Shown: positions 10,005 through 19,175 of the stretch, one piece after another
How positions within the stretch are numbered: position 1 is the stretch's first letter
How the letters are laid out: every line of letters starts with the position of its first letter
Virus record (IMG/VR): IMGVR_UViG_3300021960_000024
Direction: 5' to 3' (one strand)
Length of the DNA stretch: 64,000 nt
Source of the DNA: an uncultured virus (IMG/VR IMGVR_UViG_3300021960_000024)
Taxonomy: Duplodnaviria > Heunggongvirae > Uroviricota > Caudoviricetes
Notes under the pieces: model-generated
What the model saw: only the letters and a program-made list of their open reading frames with translations
Database searches by the model: none
Told to the model about the DNA's origin: nothing
Program-made: the position numbers and the translations under genes

Positions 10005-12074
10005 ATGTCAAATTACAGAAAAACAATGGCCGATGCGCTGCGAGAGATGTATCCTCTTACAGAAGAAACACAGATTGATGAAGCTACAATGAGTTCTTCT
10101 CAGATTGCGAGGTTGAAGAAGGCATATGAACCTATGCGTGATAAGAAAATCAGTACATCAAATGCTGATAAACTTAGCGCAATGATGGACAAGGTGGGTA
10201 AAGACAAAGAAGCACTTATCCAGTTGTTCAAGGCAGATATTCCTTTCGTGAGTCAAAGCGCAGTAACAAAACTTATTACCAAGCACAATATGAAGGGTGC
10301 TGAGATTAATAAGTTGCGGGAAGAAGTTGACCTTGATGAGGTAGGTGGTTCTGCGTTTGGTGGAACGATTGATAAAATTCAAAAGGTTGTTGATGACAAA
10401 CAAGCAACGAAGATTGATGGTGTAATGGTTGATACATTTACCGCATCATTAATTATGAAAATCTGGAACGGGGTGAGCAAACAAAATCAAGACAAGATGA
10501 GGAAAATGAAAGTCACTCAACTTGCTAAGACAGCATATAAATTGGCAGGAATGAAAGAAGAAGTTGACCTTGATGAAGGAACAAAACAGGTTCTTGCTCA
10601 CGGTGGTAAAGGTAAGTATAAAGTAACCAAGGATGGCGACAAAATTGAAATTAAGTTCGGTGGTAAGGTAGTTGGAACTGCTGACTTTGACCGTGGTGCT
10701 GACAGTTTCTTCGTAAGTATCAAAGGTGAGAGGGGTCAGAAGTCTTTTGACGATGCACAGGCAATTGCTGATTATTTCGCAAAGAACAAGATTACAGAAG
10801 AAGTTGACCTTGATGAAGGTAAGATGAACAATGCGACGATGCAAGCAAACAAACCAAGGATTGAAAAAGCAAAAAAACTTATGGGACCATCTACAAGTAG
10901 AAAAGAAGGCATACAGATGGTTGCAAAGGGTATGCCCACTTCAGAAAAAGAGGCTACTAAACTGGTTGATACAGTTATAAAGATGATGCAGAAAAATGAT
11001 TATGTCCCAGAAGAAGTTGACCTTGATGAAAATCTCAATGAAATAAAAAAACATATTGATGATCTTGAGTTTGAGCGCAAGCGTATGACAACCAGCGGTC
11101 AGGAATCTTTAGATAAACTCATTAAGGCAAAAAGTATAAAAGATGCCAGAAAAGCATTTGATGACATGTATGGATACGAATATGACAGAGTTACATCAAG
11201 TGGTCAAGAGAGTATGGTTAAGATTGGTAAAATGTTGGGTATGAAGATGGAAGAAGTTGACCTTGATGAAGATAGTCTTGATGATTTTCAAGACTTTGCC
11301 CGTCTTTATGGTGGGGGTGATGAAATTTATGTTGTAACTCAAGGAAAAGATTCTAATTCACTAAAAGTTATTGGTATAGAAAAAGACCCAAATAAAGCAA
11401 AGAAAATCCGTGATCGTGCTAAAGGTGCGAGAGCAAGTCTTTGGGGTCAGATGAAAAGTTCTCAAAAAGTTCTCAAACTAAAAATTGGTGATCCTGTTAG
11501 TTTTGAAGACTCCAAAAATAAATTATCTTTTATTGAAGAAGTTGACCTTGATGAAGGTAAGATGTCTCAGTTGCACCAGTATATCAAAGACAAGAAGAGC
11601 GCAGAAGAGATTGCGAAACTGATGAAGTTGGATGTCAAAACAGTTAAGTCACTGATGAGCAGTCATCATCCAGAGGATGTTGAAGAGGGTGCTGCAGCTG
11701 ATGCTCGCCGTGCAATGCGTGCTGATCCAGATATGCGACAGAAGTTCTCAAAGGATGTTTCTGCAACTGATGATGACGTAAAGGGCGCATCAAAGAATAT
11801 TATGATGCAGATGCGAAAAGCACAATCACTGAATGGTCGTTTCGATGTTGAGTTTGCTGACGGTAAGAAAGTTAAAATTCCTGCGAAGATGGCTATTGCA
11901 GTTCAGCAGAAATACAATTCTATGAAAAGACCCGCAGAGAAAGAAAAGTTTCAGGCAAAAATTGGAAAGTCTTACAAGGATATGTTGTCTGCACTTAAAG
12001 AAGAACTACAACCCAAGAAAGAATCAATCCTAGAACGGATGAATAGAAAACTCAAGGAGAATAAAGATGGGTAA
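10005..12074 (+). CDS. Modular polyprotein with six EEVDLDE linkers (putative protease-processed internal head protein)
   Basis: EEVDLDE occurs six times, separating mostly unrelated 60-90 aa modules; late promoters and RBS upstream. Confidence 0.7.
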   Translation: MSNYRKTMADALREMYPLTEETQIDEATMSSSQIARLKKAYEPMRDKKISTSNADKLSAMMDKVGKDKEALIQLFKADIPFVSQSAVTKLITKHNMKGAEINKLREEVDLDEVGGSAFGGTIDKIQKVVDDKQATKIDGVMVDTFTASLIMKIWNGVSKQNQDKMRKMKVTQLAKTAYKLAGMKEEVDLDEGTKQVLAHGGKGKYKVTKDGDKIEIKFGGKVVGTADFDRGADSFFVSIKGERGQKSFDDAQAIADYFAKNKITEEVDLDEGKMNNATMQANKPRIEKAKKLMGPSTSRKEGIQMVAKGMPTSEKEATKLVDTVIKMMQKNDYVPEEVDLDENLNEIKKHIDDLEFERKRMTTSGQESLDKLIKAKSIKDARKAFDDMYGYEYDRVTSSGQESMVKIGKMLGMKMEEVDLDEDSLDDFQDFARLYGGGDEIYVVTQGKDSNSLKVIGIEKDPNKAKKIRDRAKGARASLWGQMKSSQKVLKLKIGDPVSFEDSKNKLSFIEEVDLDEGKMSQLHQYIKDKKSAEEIAKLMKLDVKTVKSLMSSHHPEDVEEGAAADARRAMRADPDMRQKFSKDVSATDDDVKGASKNIMMQMRKAQSLNGRFDVEFADGKKVKIPAKMAIAVQQKYNSMKRPAEKEKFQAKIGKSYKDMLSALKEELQPKKESILERMNRKLKENKDG
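10320..11555 (+). repeat. Six identical interspersed 20-nt direct repeats GAAGAAGTTGACCTTGATGA
   Basis: Copies start at 10320, 10557, 10797, 11010, 11250 and 11535; a one-mismatch copy starts at 7820. Confidence 0.95.
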
Positions 12075-12738
12075 GAAATATTTTGACACAAAGGCCGAAA
12101 CCCTTGAATCTTCGATTCTAGGTATTTGGACAGAAGCAGCTAAGAAGGTTGCTGAAACCAATAAGAACAACAAGTCTGATGATGGTGAGGGGTTGGATGC
12201 AGTTCAACCAAAAGCAGTCAAGAAGAAGTTCAAGGATCGTAAGGACAAGGACATCGACAACGATGGCGACACTGATGATTCTGATGAGTATCTTCACAAT
12301 CGTCGTAAGACAGTATCTAAGGCAGTAAAAGGTAAAGTAAAGGATGAAGGTAACGCATTTGGAATGGCACTAAAGGCTGCCAAAGACAAGGGCGAAAAAA
12401 CTTTCGTTGTTGCTGGTAAGACATATGAAGTCAAAGAAGGTTTCGCAGTACCAGAAGATGTTCCTGCAATGGAAGTCGGTACAGACCGTTATCGTGAATA
12501 TGCTGTTGGTCTTACGCCCGGTGAAAATGCTGAGTTTGCAGCTGCACAGGACTTCAAGGTTGCTTCAATGAAGGAAGCACTTGCAAAAGTTTGGGGTTTG
12601 GACGAGAAAGCACTTGACAAATCCTCTAAAGAAGAGTATGATGAAGAAGATGAGGAGCTCAAACCCGTTAAAGGTTCAAAGACCATGACAGGTGGAAAAG
12701 TTGCTAAAGTGGATACTAAACCCAAAATTGATGGTTGA
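12067..12738 (+). CDS. Highly charged hypothetical protein with a DxDxDG loop
   Basis: DIDNDGDTDDSDEYL; RBS AAGGAG. Confidence 0.55.
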   Translation: MGKKYFDTKAETLESSILGIWTEAAKKVAETNKNNKSDDGEGLDAVQPKAVKKKFKDRKDKDIDNDGDTDDSDEYLHNRRKTVSKAVKGKVKDEGNAFGMALKAAKDKGEKTFVVAGKTYEVKEGFAVPEDVPAMEVGTDRYREYAVGLTPGENAEFAAAQDFKVASMKEALAKVWGLDEKALDKSSKEEYDEEDEELKPVKGSKTMTGGKVAKVDTKPKIDG

Positions 12739-12739
12739 A

Positions 12740-13255
12740 ATGAAAAGTTTGTTGGATATGATGGAGGCATCTGGTGATGATCTCCCAGAAATTTATTGTG
12801 ATATGGATCAGGTTCTATGTAACTTTATCGGCCGTGCTGAGGAAGTTATTGGAATGCCCTTTGCTAAGTTCGGTAAGGATGACCGCTGGAACAAGATTAG
12901 GGACACAAAGGATTTCTGGGCAAATCTAGATTGGATGCCGGGTGCAAAACGGTTATATTCTTTTATTCAGAAGTATGACACGCACATCCTTTCTGCTTAT
13001 TCTGATCGTGATGATAACTCTAGGGCGGGTAAGAAAAAGTGGTTGAAGAAGAATACTAAGATTAAACCTCGTAACATCAATCTTGTGAAGAGGGCAGACA
13101 AACAGAAATATGCAACTACTGATGGGAAACCAAACATATTAATTGATGATTATAAGAAGAACATTGTAGAGTGGGAATCTAAGGGTGGTATAGGCGTTTA
13201 CCACACAGAAGTGGGTAAAACCATTGCTGAGTTGAAGCGTCTAGGTTTCAAATAA
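12740..13255 (+). CDS. HAD-family 5'(3')-deoxyribonucleotidase-like protein
   Basis: IYCDMDQVL, ILSA, ILIDD motifs. Confidence 0.8.
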   Translation: MKSLLDMMEASGDDLPEIYCDMDQVLCNFIGRAEEVIGMPFAKFGKDDRWNKIRDTKDFWANLDWMPGAKRLYSFIQKYDTHILSAYSDRDDNSRAGKKKWLKKNTKIKPRNINLVKRADKQKYATTDGKPNILIDDYKKNIVEWESKGGIGVYHTEVGKTIAELKRLGFK

Positions 13256-13302
13256 CCTAAATAAAAGTAAAATCTATTCTTGCAAGAATAAGGAGAAAAA
13301 CA

Positions 13303-13983
13303 ATGCCTTTATGGGGAAATTCGGACGCTGTTGAAGCTAAACCAAAACACTTCACAGACGCTGAGAAATTAAACGTATATGCCACAGAACAAGGTTGGGT
13401 TAAGAAAACAACTGGAACTGGTGGTCGTGCTGGTCGCACACAGGAAGAAGTTATTGTTGCGATTGGTGGTCTAAGTGCCTCTCTGAACCTCGCAGATATT
13501 ACTGCTATTGATTGGAATATCAGTGCATTTGATAAGTCTGATGGCGGCACTTTGAGTGCTACAGTTACCTTCAACGAAGAAGTTGAAGTTGCTACCGATG
13601 GCGGCACACCACACCTTGCTGTTACAAACGGCAACCAAGGAACTGGTTCTGGTCGTGGTCCACACAACCTTCTGTATGTCAGTGGTTCAAGCACGAACAG
13701 ACTCACGTTTGAACTTGCAATTGCTGCCGCTAATGCTGCGACAAACGCAGATGACGTTCTTTCAATCGCAGCAAACGCTCTTGCCTTGAACAGTGGTACA
13801 ATTAACGAAATGTCTCTTGATCACTTTGTTCTAGAGAGTGGAACAAACAATGGTGATCAGGGTGAATTTATCCGACTAGAGGATCAACGTGGTTACTTGA
13901 ACCAAGAAGGAAACACCGTTTCTACAATTACTAACGCAGCTGCAATCGGCAGTGCCGCAGGAACAATTACTGTTGCTGCATAA
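13303..13983 (+). CDS. Virion structural protein
   Basis: MPLWG N-terminus typical of marine T4-like structural proteins; Ala/Thr/Gly-rich; CCTAAATA upstream. Confidence 0.55.
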   Translation: MPLWGNSDAVEAKPKHFTDAEKLNVYATEQGWVKKTTGTGGRAGRTQEEVIVAIGGLSASLNLADITAIDWNISAFDKSDGGTLSATVTFNEEVEVATDGGTPHLAVTNGNQGTGSGRGPHNLLYVSGSSTNRLTFELAIAAANAATNADDVLSIAANALALNSGTINEMSLDHFVLESGTNNGDQGEFIRLEDQRGYLNQEGNTVSTITNAAAIGSAAGTITVAA

Positions 13984-13987
13984 GTTG

Positions 13988-13995
13988 TATAAATA
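13988..13995 (+). promoter_or_regulatory. T4 late promoter
   Basis: TATAAATA. Confidence 0.75.
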
Positions 13996-14031
13996 ACTAT
14001 ATACTATGTCATAATATGAAAAGGAGAAATT

Positions 14032-14280
14032 ATGATCGATCTTGATAAGATTAATGAACGCAAACAAGTTATTGCGAAAGACATTGAAGCGGTTCGGACC
14101 CGTATGGCAGAAGCGCAGAAGAAATTCGCAGAGGACCAATCATTGTTGCAGGCACTTATGGGTGCATATCAGCAGTGTGACGCCTTTGCAAAAGATTTTA
14201 ATGATGATACTCCCAATGAGGAGAGTGATGTAGAGAATAGTGAAGACCTAGAGGATGTAAAACCTGGCGGTACTGACTAA
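14032..14280 (+). CDS. Small coiled-coil hypothetical protein
   Basis: RBS AAAGGAG; late promoter upstream. Confidence 0.6.
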   Translation: MIDLDKINERKQVIAKDIEAVRTRMAEAQKKFAEDQSLLQALMGAYQQCDAFAKDFNDDTPNEESDVENSEDLEDVKPGGTD

Positions 14281-14334
14281 TATCTACAATAGCATTCCCA
14301 CAATTTCGTGGGTTTTTATAAGGAGAAGCCAAAA

Positions 14335-14811
14335 ATGGCAGATAAGAAGATTACAGCCCTAACAGACCTATCGACAGGTATCGCTACAGAAGACCTTTTG
14401 CATGTGATTGATAACCCAACGGGTACACCAATCAACAAGAAGATTTCTGTTGCAAACTTTTTGAACCTTAATCCCGTTCCTCTGGCAACCAACACAGTAG
14501 AAAACATCGTTGAAAACGGTGCAGCCAACCTCGCCAAAGGTATTCACCTTCTTGGTGGTGCAGATGCTGCTTGTGCAGTTACCTTGGCTGACGGTACTGT
14601 AACTGGTCAGCTTCATACGTTTATTGCTAAAGAAGCAGTAACGAATCCACCTACAGTTACTTTGACCACTCCCGGTGGTGCAGGTAATATTGCTACTTTC
14701 AACGCTATTGGTGAAAGTGCAACTTGTCTCTGGACAGGTGCTGCTTGGTACTGGATTGCTCATGCTACAAATGTTACGGGTGATCTTGGAACAGGTCCAG
14801 CGCTTACATAA
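14335..14811 (+). CDS. Virion structural or decoration-like protein
   Basis: [13 protein letters not shown]-terminus; RBS AAGGAG. Confidence 0.55.
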   Translation: MADKKITALTDLSTGIATEDLLHVIDNPTGTPINKKISVANFLNLNPVPLATNTVENIVENGAANLAKGIHLLGGADAACAVTLADGTVTGQLHTFIAKEAVTNPPTVTLTTPGGAGNIATFNAIGESATCLWTGAAWYWIAHATNVTGDLGTGPALT

Positions 14812-14825
14812 TAGTATACTACTTT

Positions 14826-14856
14826 GGTGTGGGGGGCTTGTCCCCCCCGCCATTTT
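14826..14856 (+). terminator. Intrinsic terminator
   Basis: GTGGGGGG-cttgt-CCCCCCCGC hairpin followed by CATTTT. Confidence 0.6.
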
Positions 14857-14873
14857 ACGAATGGGAGAATTAA

Positions 14874-15026
14874 ATGGTTGAAGTTTTATCAGAGGTAAAT
14901 TGGGGCAAGGCAATCGAACCTGTCACCAAAGTTTTTACTAAGAAAAAAGAAGAACCTAAATTCCTTGAAGAACAAATTAGAGATTACTATCCCTGTGACG
15001 TAGAACCGAAGGACGAAGAAAAATGA
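14874..15026 (+). CDS. Small hypothetical protein (50 aa)
   Basis: RBS GGGAG; stop overlaps next ATG. Confidence 0.45.
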   Translation: MVEVLSEVNWGKAIEPVTKVFTKKKEEPKFLEEQIRDYYPCDVEPKDEEK

Positions 15027-15472
15027 AAACATTTAAGAAATTCGTATCCGAAGAAACTTTAGACGAAGCCACATTTCAGACAACTATTGCTTCTCTAAAC
15101 CAAGACATTCCAACAGGTGATTATTCTGATCCCAGAGTTGTGAAGGCGCTTAATTCTTTCGTGGGTACAGTGGCAAGAGCTACAATGGACGGAACAATGA
15201 TCCCTGAGATGGTTGTTGGTAAGATGAGAAATTCTCTAAGTAAGATTGGACTAACCTTTGGTGAAGTCCCAATGATGGAAGGTGAAAGTGGTTCCTTTGA
15301 TTTACCCCTAACCAGTTTTGGTGGTCGTTTCGGTAAAGGTTTGGATACGCCATTTGATGAGTTTGAAGCAGATGACGGTATCTCGCATCAAGTAGAGGGT
15401 GGTCTAAAACTAGTACTAAATTATGAAATGCAAGAGGATAATTCGTGTAGGTTGACTGCTTCTATTCAATAA
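15023..15472 (+). CDS. Hypothetical protein, possibly capsid-internal
   Basis: Starts MKTFKKFVSEETLDE. Confidence 0.6.
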   Translation: MKTFKKFVSEETLDEATFQTTIASLNQDIPTGDYSDPRVVKALNSFVGTVARATMDGTMIPEMVVGKMRNSLSKIGLTFGEVPMMEGESGSFDLPLTSFGGRFGKGLDTPFDEFEADDGISHQVEGGLKLVLNYEMQEDNSCRLTASIQ

Positions 15473-15473
15473 A

Positions 15474-15836
15474 ATGTATGAGAAGATAACTACTAACAAT
15501 TTCATGATGTATGCTATTAAACATTATGAGAATCCACATTGTGAAGGTGAAAAAGAGTTTCATGATGATATGAAGAGGTTTAAGTATATTAAACGTCTAC
15601 TAAAGAAGTATAGAGTGAGTGGAGTATTAAAAGAACGGTTGCTTCTGAACCATATTATTATTCTTAGGAACTTGTTTGGAAATGAGGCATGTGTTACCCT
15701 TTTACTTTTTAAGACACAACCAGAATATCTTGAAGTCTTGAAGTCTTTCCTACTTTTCCTAAATATGATTAATCCAGATGAACTGAACGAAATTGATTTG
15801 GATGAAGGTGTTATAGATATATTAAGGAAAATCTAA
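15474..15836 (+). CDS. Conserved T4-like hypothetical protein
   Basis: YAIKHYENP..EFHDDMKRFKYIKRLL..LKERLLLNH pattern. Confidence 0.7.
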   Translation: MYEKITTNNFMMYAIKHYENPHCEGEKEFHDDMKRFKYIKRLLKKYRVSGVLKERLLLNHIIILRNLFGNEACVTLLLFKTQPEYLEVLKSFLLFLNMINPDELNEIDLDEGVIDILRKI

Positions 15837-16450
15837 TGGGAAGAGCTATAGACTTATTTGTTACATACAGGTTCATAAAACTGCTTGTAACACCATTTGA
15901 CCAGATGCCTGCTTTTAAACTGGGTATTATCGATAAAGACGGTCAAAGAGTGATGGAAAAGACTGTTTCCCGTGGTATGCAACCCACTGACCTCAATACT
16001 GCTGAGAAGAAGAACGCATACACTGTTCTTCACAAACTCGTATTCAACATCAAAAAGATTTTTGGTAAGGTGCCCGGACTTAGGACTAAGTTGGGAACCT
16101 ATGCTGCAGCCCTGTTCCTACTGAAAGATACATTCAAAGAACACGTTGAAGACCCTGATATTTTCGAGAAGGAGTTCATGAAGTATCTCAAAGAAGAGGG
16201 ATACGAGATAGACAACACAATTTCAGAGGAAGTCATTGGATTTGGAGAGGTACTCCCCAAGGGAGAGTACACTCTAGTCAATGATATCCTAAATAGTGAA
16301 GAGGAAGAATTAACTGCTAAGAAGGGTGACAAGGTAGTTGCGTTTGACGATGAAGCACCGTTAGATACAATTCTTGGTATTGACATATTTCCTATTATTC
16401 ATGTTAAGACACAAGAAAAAATATACGTCAGTTTGGAAGACATAAAATGA
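15836..16450 (+). CDS. Conserved T4-like hypothetical protein
   Basis: DLFVTYRFIKLLVTPF..AFKLGIID..HKLVFNIKK. Confidence 0.7.
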   Translation: MGRAIDLFVTYRFIKLLVTPFDQMPAFKLGIIDKDGQRVMEKTVSRGMQPTDLNTAEKKNAYTVLHKLVFNIKKIFGKVPGLRTKLGTYAAALFLLKDTFKEHVEDPDIFEKEFMKYLKEEGYEIDNTISEEVIGFGEVLPKGEYTLVNDILNSEEEELTAKKGDKVVAFDDEAPLDTILGIDIFPIIHVKTQEKIYVSLEDIK

Positions 16451-16795
16451 AAAGCTATCAAAAATTTATGCAAGAAGTCTATAAGTTGCAGCTCATTCGA
16501 GATAAATCTATGGACGTTTTAAAAATTACTGATACTAAGAACCCAAAGACTAAGATAGAAGTTCGTGGCAAAAAGGGTTACGAAATTGATGGATATGACA
16601 AAAAAGATAGACTACATAGTCTTTTAGATAAAATTGGAAAGTCTGCAAACATGAGCGATCTTGTGAATGGAGAGGTTGTGAGTATCAATCCTAAACACCC
16701 AGACGCAAGAATGGCGAACAAGACCCTTGATAAGATTGCAAAATAATGAAAACAAAGGAAAAGATATACGTCAGTTTGGAGGACATAAAATGAAA
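16421..16795 (+). repeat. 32-nt direct repeat flanking ORF 16447-16746
   Basis: ATATACGTCAGTTTGGA(A/G)GACATAAAATGAAA at 16421-16452 and 16764-16795. Confidence 0.9.
16447..16746 (+). CDS. Small inserted hypothetical gene with a capsid-targeting-like N-terminus
   Basis: Starts MKSYQKFMQE; flanked by direct repeats. Confidence 0.6.
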   Translation: MKSYQKFMQEVYKLQLIRDKSMDVLKITDTKNPKTKIEVRGKKGYEIDGYDKKDRLHSLLDKIGKSANMSDLVNGEVVSINPKHPDARMANKTLDKIAK

Positions 16796-17374
16796 CGATG
16801 GACAGAAGTATCGCCTTACAATGGATTAGAAGAAGATGCTCCCGCAAATAATGCCGGTAGTGGCGATGTTGCAATGCCACCTGATGCAGTCAAGAAAAAG
16901 AAGAAGACCCTACTTGACCGTTCCATGATGGACGCTCGCACTAAGGCATATCGTGAACACCGAGCTCGTCTTGAAACTCGCCGTGCAAAACGAGAAGAGA
17001 GAAAGAACAAGAGTAAGTTCATTGAAAAGGTCAAAGAGGAAGTTGCAACTGAGATGGCATATGGTTCTGGACACGATACAGTCAAACCTATGGCTGATAT
17101 TCAACCAGTGAATGCTGCAAAGTCTTCATCTGGATACGAACTGTATCACAAGGACTTCTCTGGTGCTATGCAACACGCATACAAGTTCGCAAAGAGCAAA
17201 GGCGTGATAGTAGACCCTGATGAGATTGATAGTAAGGTTGCGAGTGGTCCAAGAAAACCAAGCAGTGGTAAGACGAACAGTTACATCCTAGATACTAACA
17301 AAAAACAGAAGGTACATATTCAAGTTGCTAATCTCGACAACAAGAGATATGAACTTAACATGTATATTCAGTAA
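16790..17374 (+). CDS. Hypothetical protein
   Basis: RBS GGAGG; EEDAPANNAGSG motif common in T4-like head-region proteins. Confidence 0.6.
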   Translation: MKRWTEVSPYNGLEEDAPANNAGSGDVAMPPDAVKKKKKTLLDRSMMDARTKAYREHRARLETRRAKREERKNKSKFIEKVKEEVATEMAYGSGHDTVKPMADIQPVNAAKSSSGYELYHKDFSGAMQHAYKFAKSKGVIVDPDEIDSKVASGPRKPSSGKTNSYILDTNKKQKVHIQVANLDNKRYELNMYIQ

Positions 17375-17853
17375 TGATTAAAGTTTATCTGTTCCTGATT
17401 ATCATGGGTGTAATAGGTGGCGTAGGTTACGGTGGGTACATATATTACAAGGACACTCAAGAGCGTATTGCTATCCTGACCGAAAACAATGCGAAACTAG
17501 AAGTAGCTGCACAACTGCAAGAAGAAACTATCAATACGATGATTGAGGATGTTCAAAGAAATTCAGAACTAAATAGAGAACTACAAAAAGAATTACAAGT
17601 AGCAGAACAGTATGGTGACCAGTTGCGTAACACTCTGCGAAAACATAACCTAACTCACTTGGCGAATAAGAAACCGGGTTTGATAGAGAAGAGGATGCAA
17701 AATGCGACCAATCGTTTATGGGACGATCTTGCTATTATCACTGACCCTAATGGGGTGCGGCCGGATAATGCCACCGAAGGTGGTGACGGTGACAAAGGTA
17801 GTAAAAACGGAAATTCCGGTAGTAGCAAGACCAAAACAAGTCCAACTAAATGA
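17374..17853 (+). CDS. Putative i-spanin (Rz-like)
   Basis: N-terminal TM helix plus coiled coil; overlaps a lipoprotein gene. Confidence 0.55.
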   Translation: MIKVYLFLIIMGVIGGVGYGGYIYYKDTQERIAILTENNAKLEVAAQLQEETINTMIEDVQRNSELNRELQKELQVAEQYGDQLRNTLRKHNLTHLANKKPGLIEKRMQNATNRLWDDLAIITDPNGVRPDNATEGGDGDKGSKNGNSGSSKTKTSPTK

Positions 17854-18082
17854 CGTTAAGATTTATGTAGTTTCAAAGGTAAACTACGATGAATTTATTA
17901 AGTCATATGAAAAGAAAAATGGAGCGGATTCGTACATTGCGCTATCAGTGAAGGACTACGAAAACCTTAGTCTAAACTTTGCTGAACTGAGACGATATAT
18001 AGAACAACAGAAGCAGATCATTGTCTACTACGAAAATGCAGTAGTACCGAATAAGGAAGAGGAAGATGGGAAAGTTCAATAA
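17702..18082 (+). CDS. Putative o-spanin lipoprotein (Rz1-like)
   Basis: Lipobox-like LTLMGC; overlaps the 3' end of the preceding gene in another frame. Confidence 0.55.
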   Translation: MRPIVYGTILLLSLTLMGCGRIMPPKVVTVTKVVKTEIPVVARPKQVQLNDVKIYVVSKVNYDEFIKSYEKKNGADSYIALSVKDYENLSLNFAELRRYIEQQKQIIVYYENAVVPNKEEEDGKVQ

Positions 18083-18545
18083 TAAAATTTCAGCTGAATT
18101 CCATCCACCTAAGAAGTGGATTCTGGAACGCTCTCTCTCATATCAGAATGAAGAGATTGATGAGGGCGCACTAGAGACAGTTGGTGTGAAATGTCCTGCA
18201 AGTAAGATCACTTGTACTAAGGGATTTGTGACAGACCTTGCTAGTGTACCCCGTGCAATCTGGTGGTTGATTTCTCCGTGGGACATTGCCCGTGCTGCTA
18301 TCATTCATGACCTTCTCTACAAACGTATTCGCCAGTATCGTGAAAAAGAAGGTGTTCTTGATGAACACCCCAATGTATATGAAATTATCAGTAACTACAA
18401 GGCTGCAAAGAAAGCATCAGACAATGTATTTCTGATGGCAATGAAAGACGCTGACCCCGCCATTCCTAAATGGAAGATGTATGCCGCATACTATGCAGTT
18501 GTTCTCTGTGGTCGTTGGTCAATCATTCCAAGGGAAGAAGACTAA
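18066..18545 (+). CDS. DUF1353-like protein
   Basis: GFVTDLASVPR and AAIIHDLLY motifs. Confidence 0.75.
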   Translation: MGKFNNKISAEFHPPKKWILERSLSYQNEEIDEGALETVGVKCPASKITCTKGFVTDLASVPRAIWWLISPWDIARAAIIHDLLYKRIRQYREKEGVLDEHPNVYEIISNYKAAKKASDNVFLMAMKDADPAIPKWKMYAAYYAVVLCGRWSIIPREED

Positions 18546-18721
18546 TGATGTCAGAAGAATGGGGCGTGATCTATTGTAAAAATTGTGGTCATGAGTCGCA
18601 TTGTGGAACAAACAAAATGGTTGATCATCGTGGTTACAGTAGCGATGGTGGAATCATGGGTCAGACAGAAGTCTGCAAATCTTGTCGTTGTACAAAATGT
18701 TCAATACCCGATTGGGGTTGA
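18545..18721 (+). CDS. Small Cys-rich protein
   Basis: CKNCGHESHCG...CKSCRCTKC. Confidence 0.55.
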   Translation: MMSEEWGVIYCKNCGHESHCGTNKMVDHRGYSSDGGIMGQTEVCKSCRCTKCSIPDWG

Positions 18722-18722
18722 T

Positions 18723-19004
18723 ATGTGGGAAATGGTTGAGAGACTTGCCAGTGATCGCCTCTGGTTATACACAAGTATTATTGGTTCATTAGCAGGCGCA
18801 GCAGCTCTTGCATATCTAAGTACCACAAGGATTGGTCTTTGGGGTTATTCTAAGTTTGATGCATTAGTAGATTATTTGGTTGCAAAGTGGGGTTTGAAGT
18901 GGCTTGAGCAACCAGAGGATGCTTGGAGAAAAAGGTATCCAAAGATTACTGAAAAAATCGATGATTTGCAAATGAGAATAGAAAAGATAGAAAAGGAGAA
19001 ATAA
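18723..19004 (+). CDS. Small membrane protein
   Basis: Hydrophobic segment LWLYTSIIGSLAGAAALAYL. Confidence 0.55.
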   Translation: MWEMVERLASDRLWLYTSIIGSLAGAAALAYLSTTRIGLWGYSKFDALVDYLVAKWGLKWLEQPEDAWRKRYPKITEKIDDLQMRIEKIEKEK

Positions 19005-19005
19005 T

Positions 19006-19170
19006 ATGTTTGATTGGATTAAAAACAGAATTATGGAACGTACTTCTTGGGATGGCGGCGCACTTATCGGTGTTGGACTAGTTGTACTATTCCTTGGACC
19101 ATTTGCAAAATATGCTGCAATGGCAGCTATCGCATGGGGTGTTCTAACCATGTTGAAATCTGAGAAGTAA
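19006..19170 (+). CDS. Small two-TM membrane protein (holin-like candidate)
   Basis: MFDWIKNRIMERTSWDGGALIGVGLVVLFLGPFAKYAAMAAIAWGVLTMLKSEK; RBS AAGGAG. Confidence 0.55.
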   Translation: MFDWIKNRIMERTSWDGGALIGVGLVVLFLGPFAKYAAMAAIAWGVLTMLKSEK

Positions 19171-19175
19171 ATATT

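Noticed and set aside
10320..11555. CRISPR array interpretation of the 20-nt repeats
   Set aside because: Spacers are about 190-265 nt, in frame inside an ORF; the repeat is not palindromic; no cas operon is present
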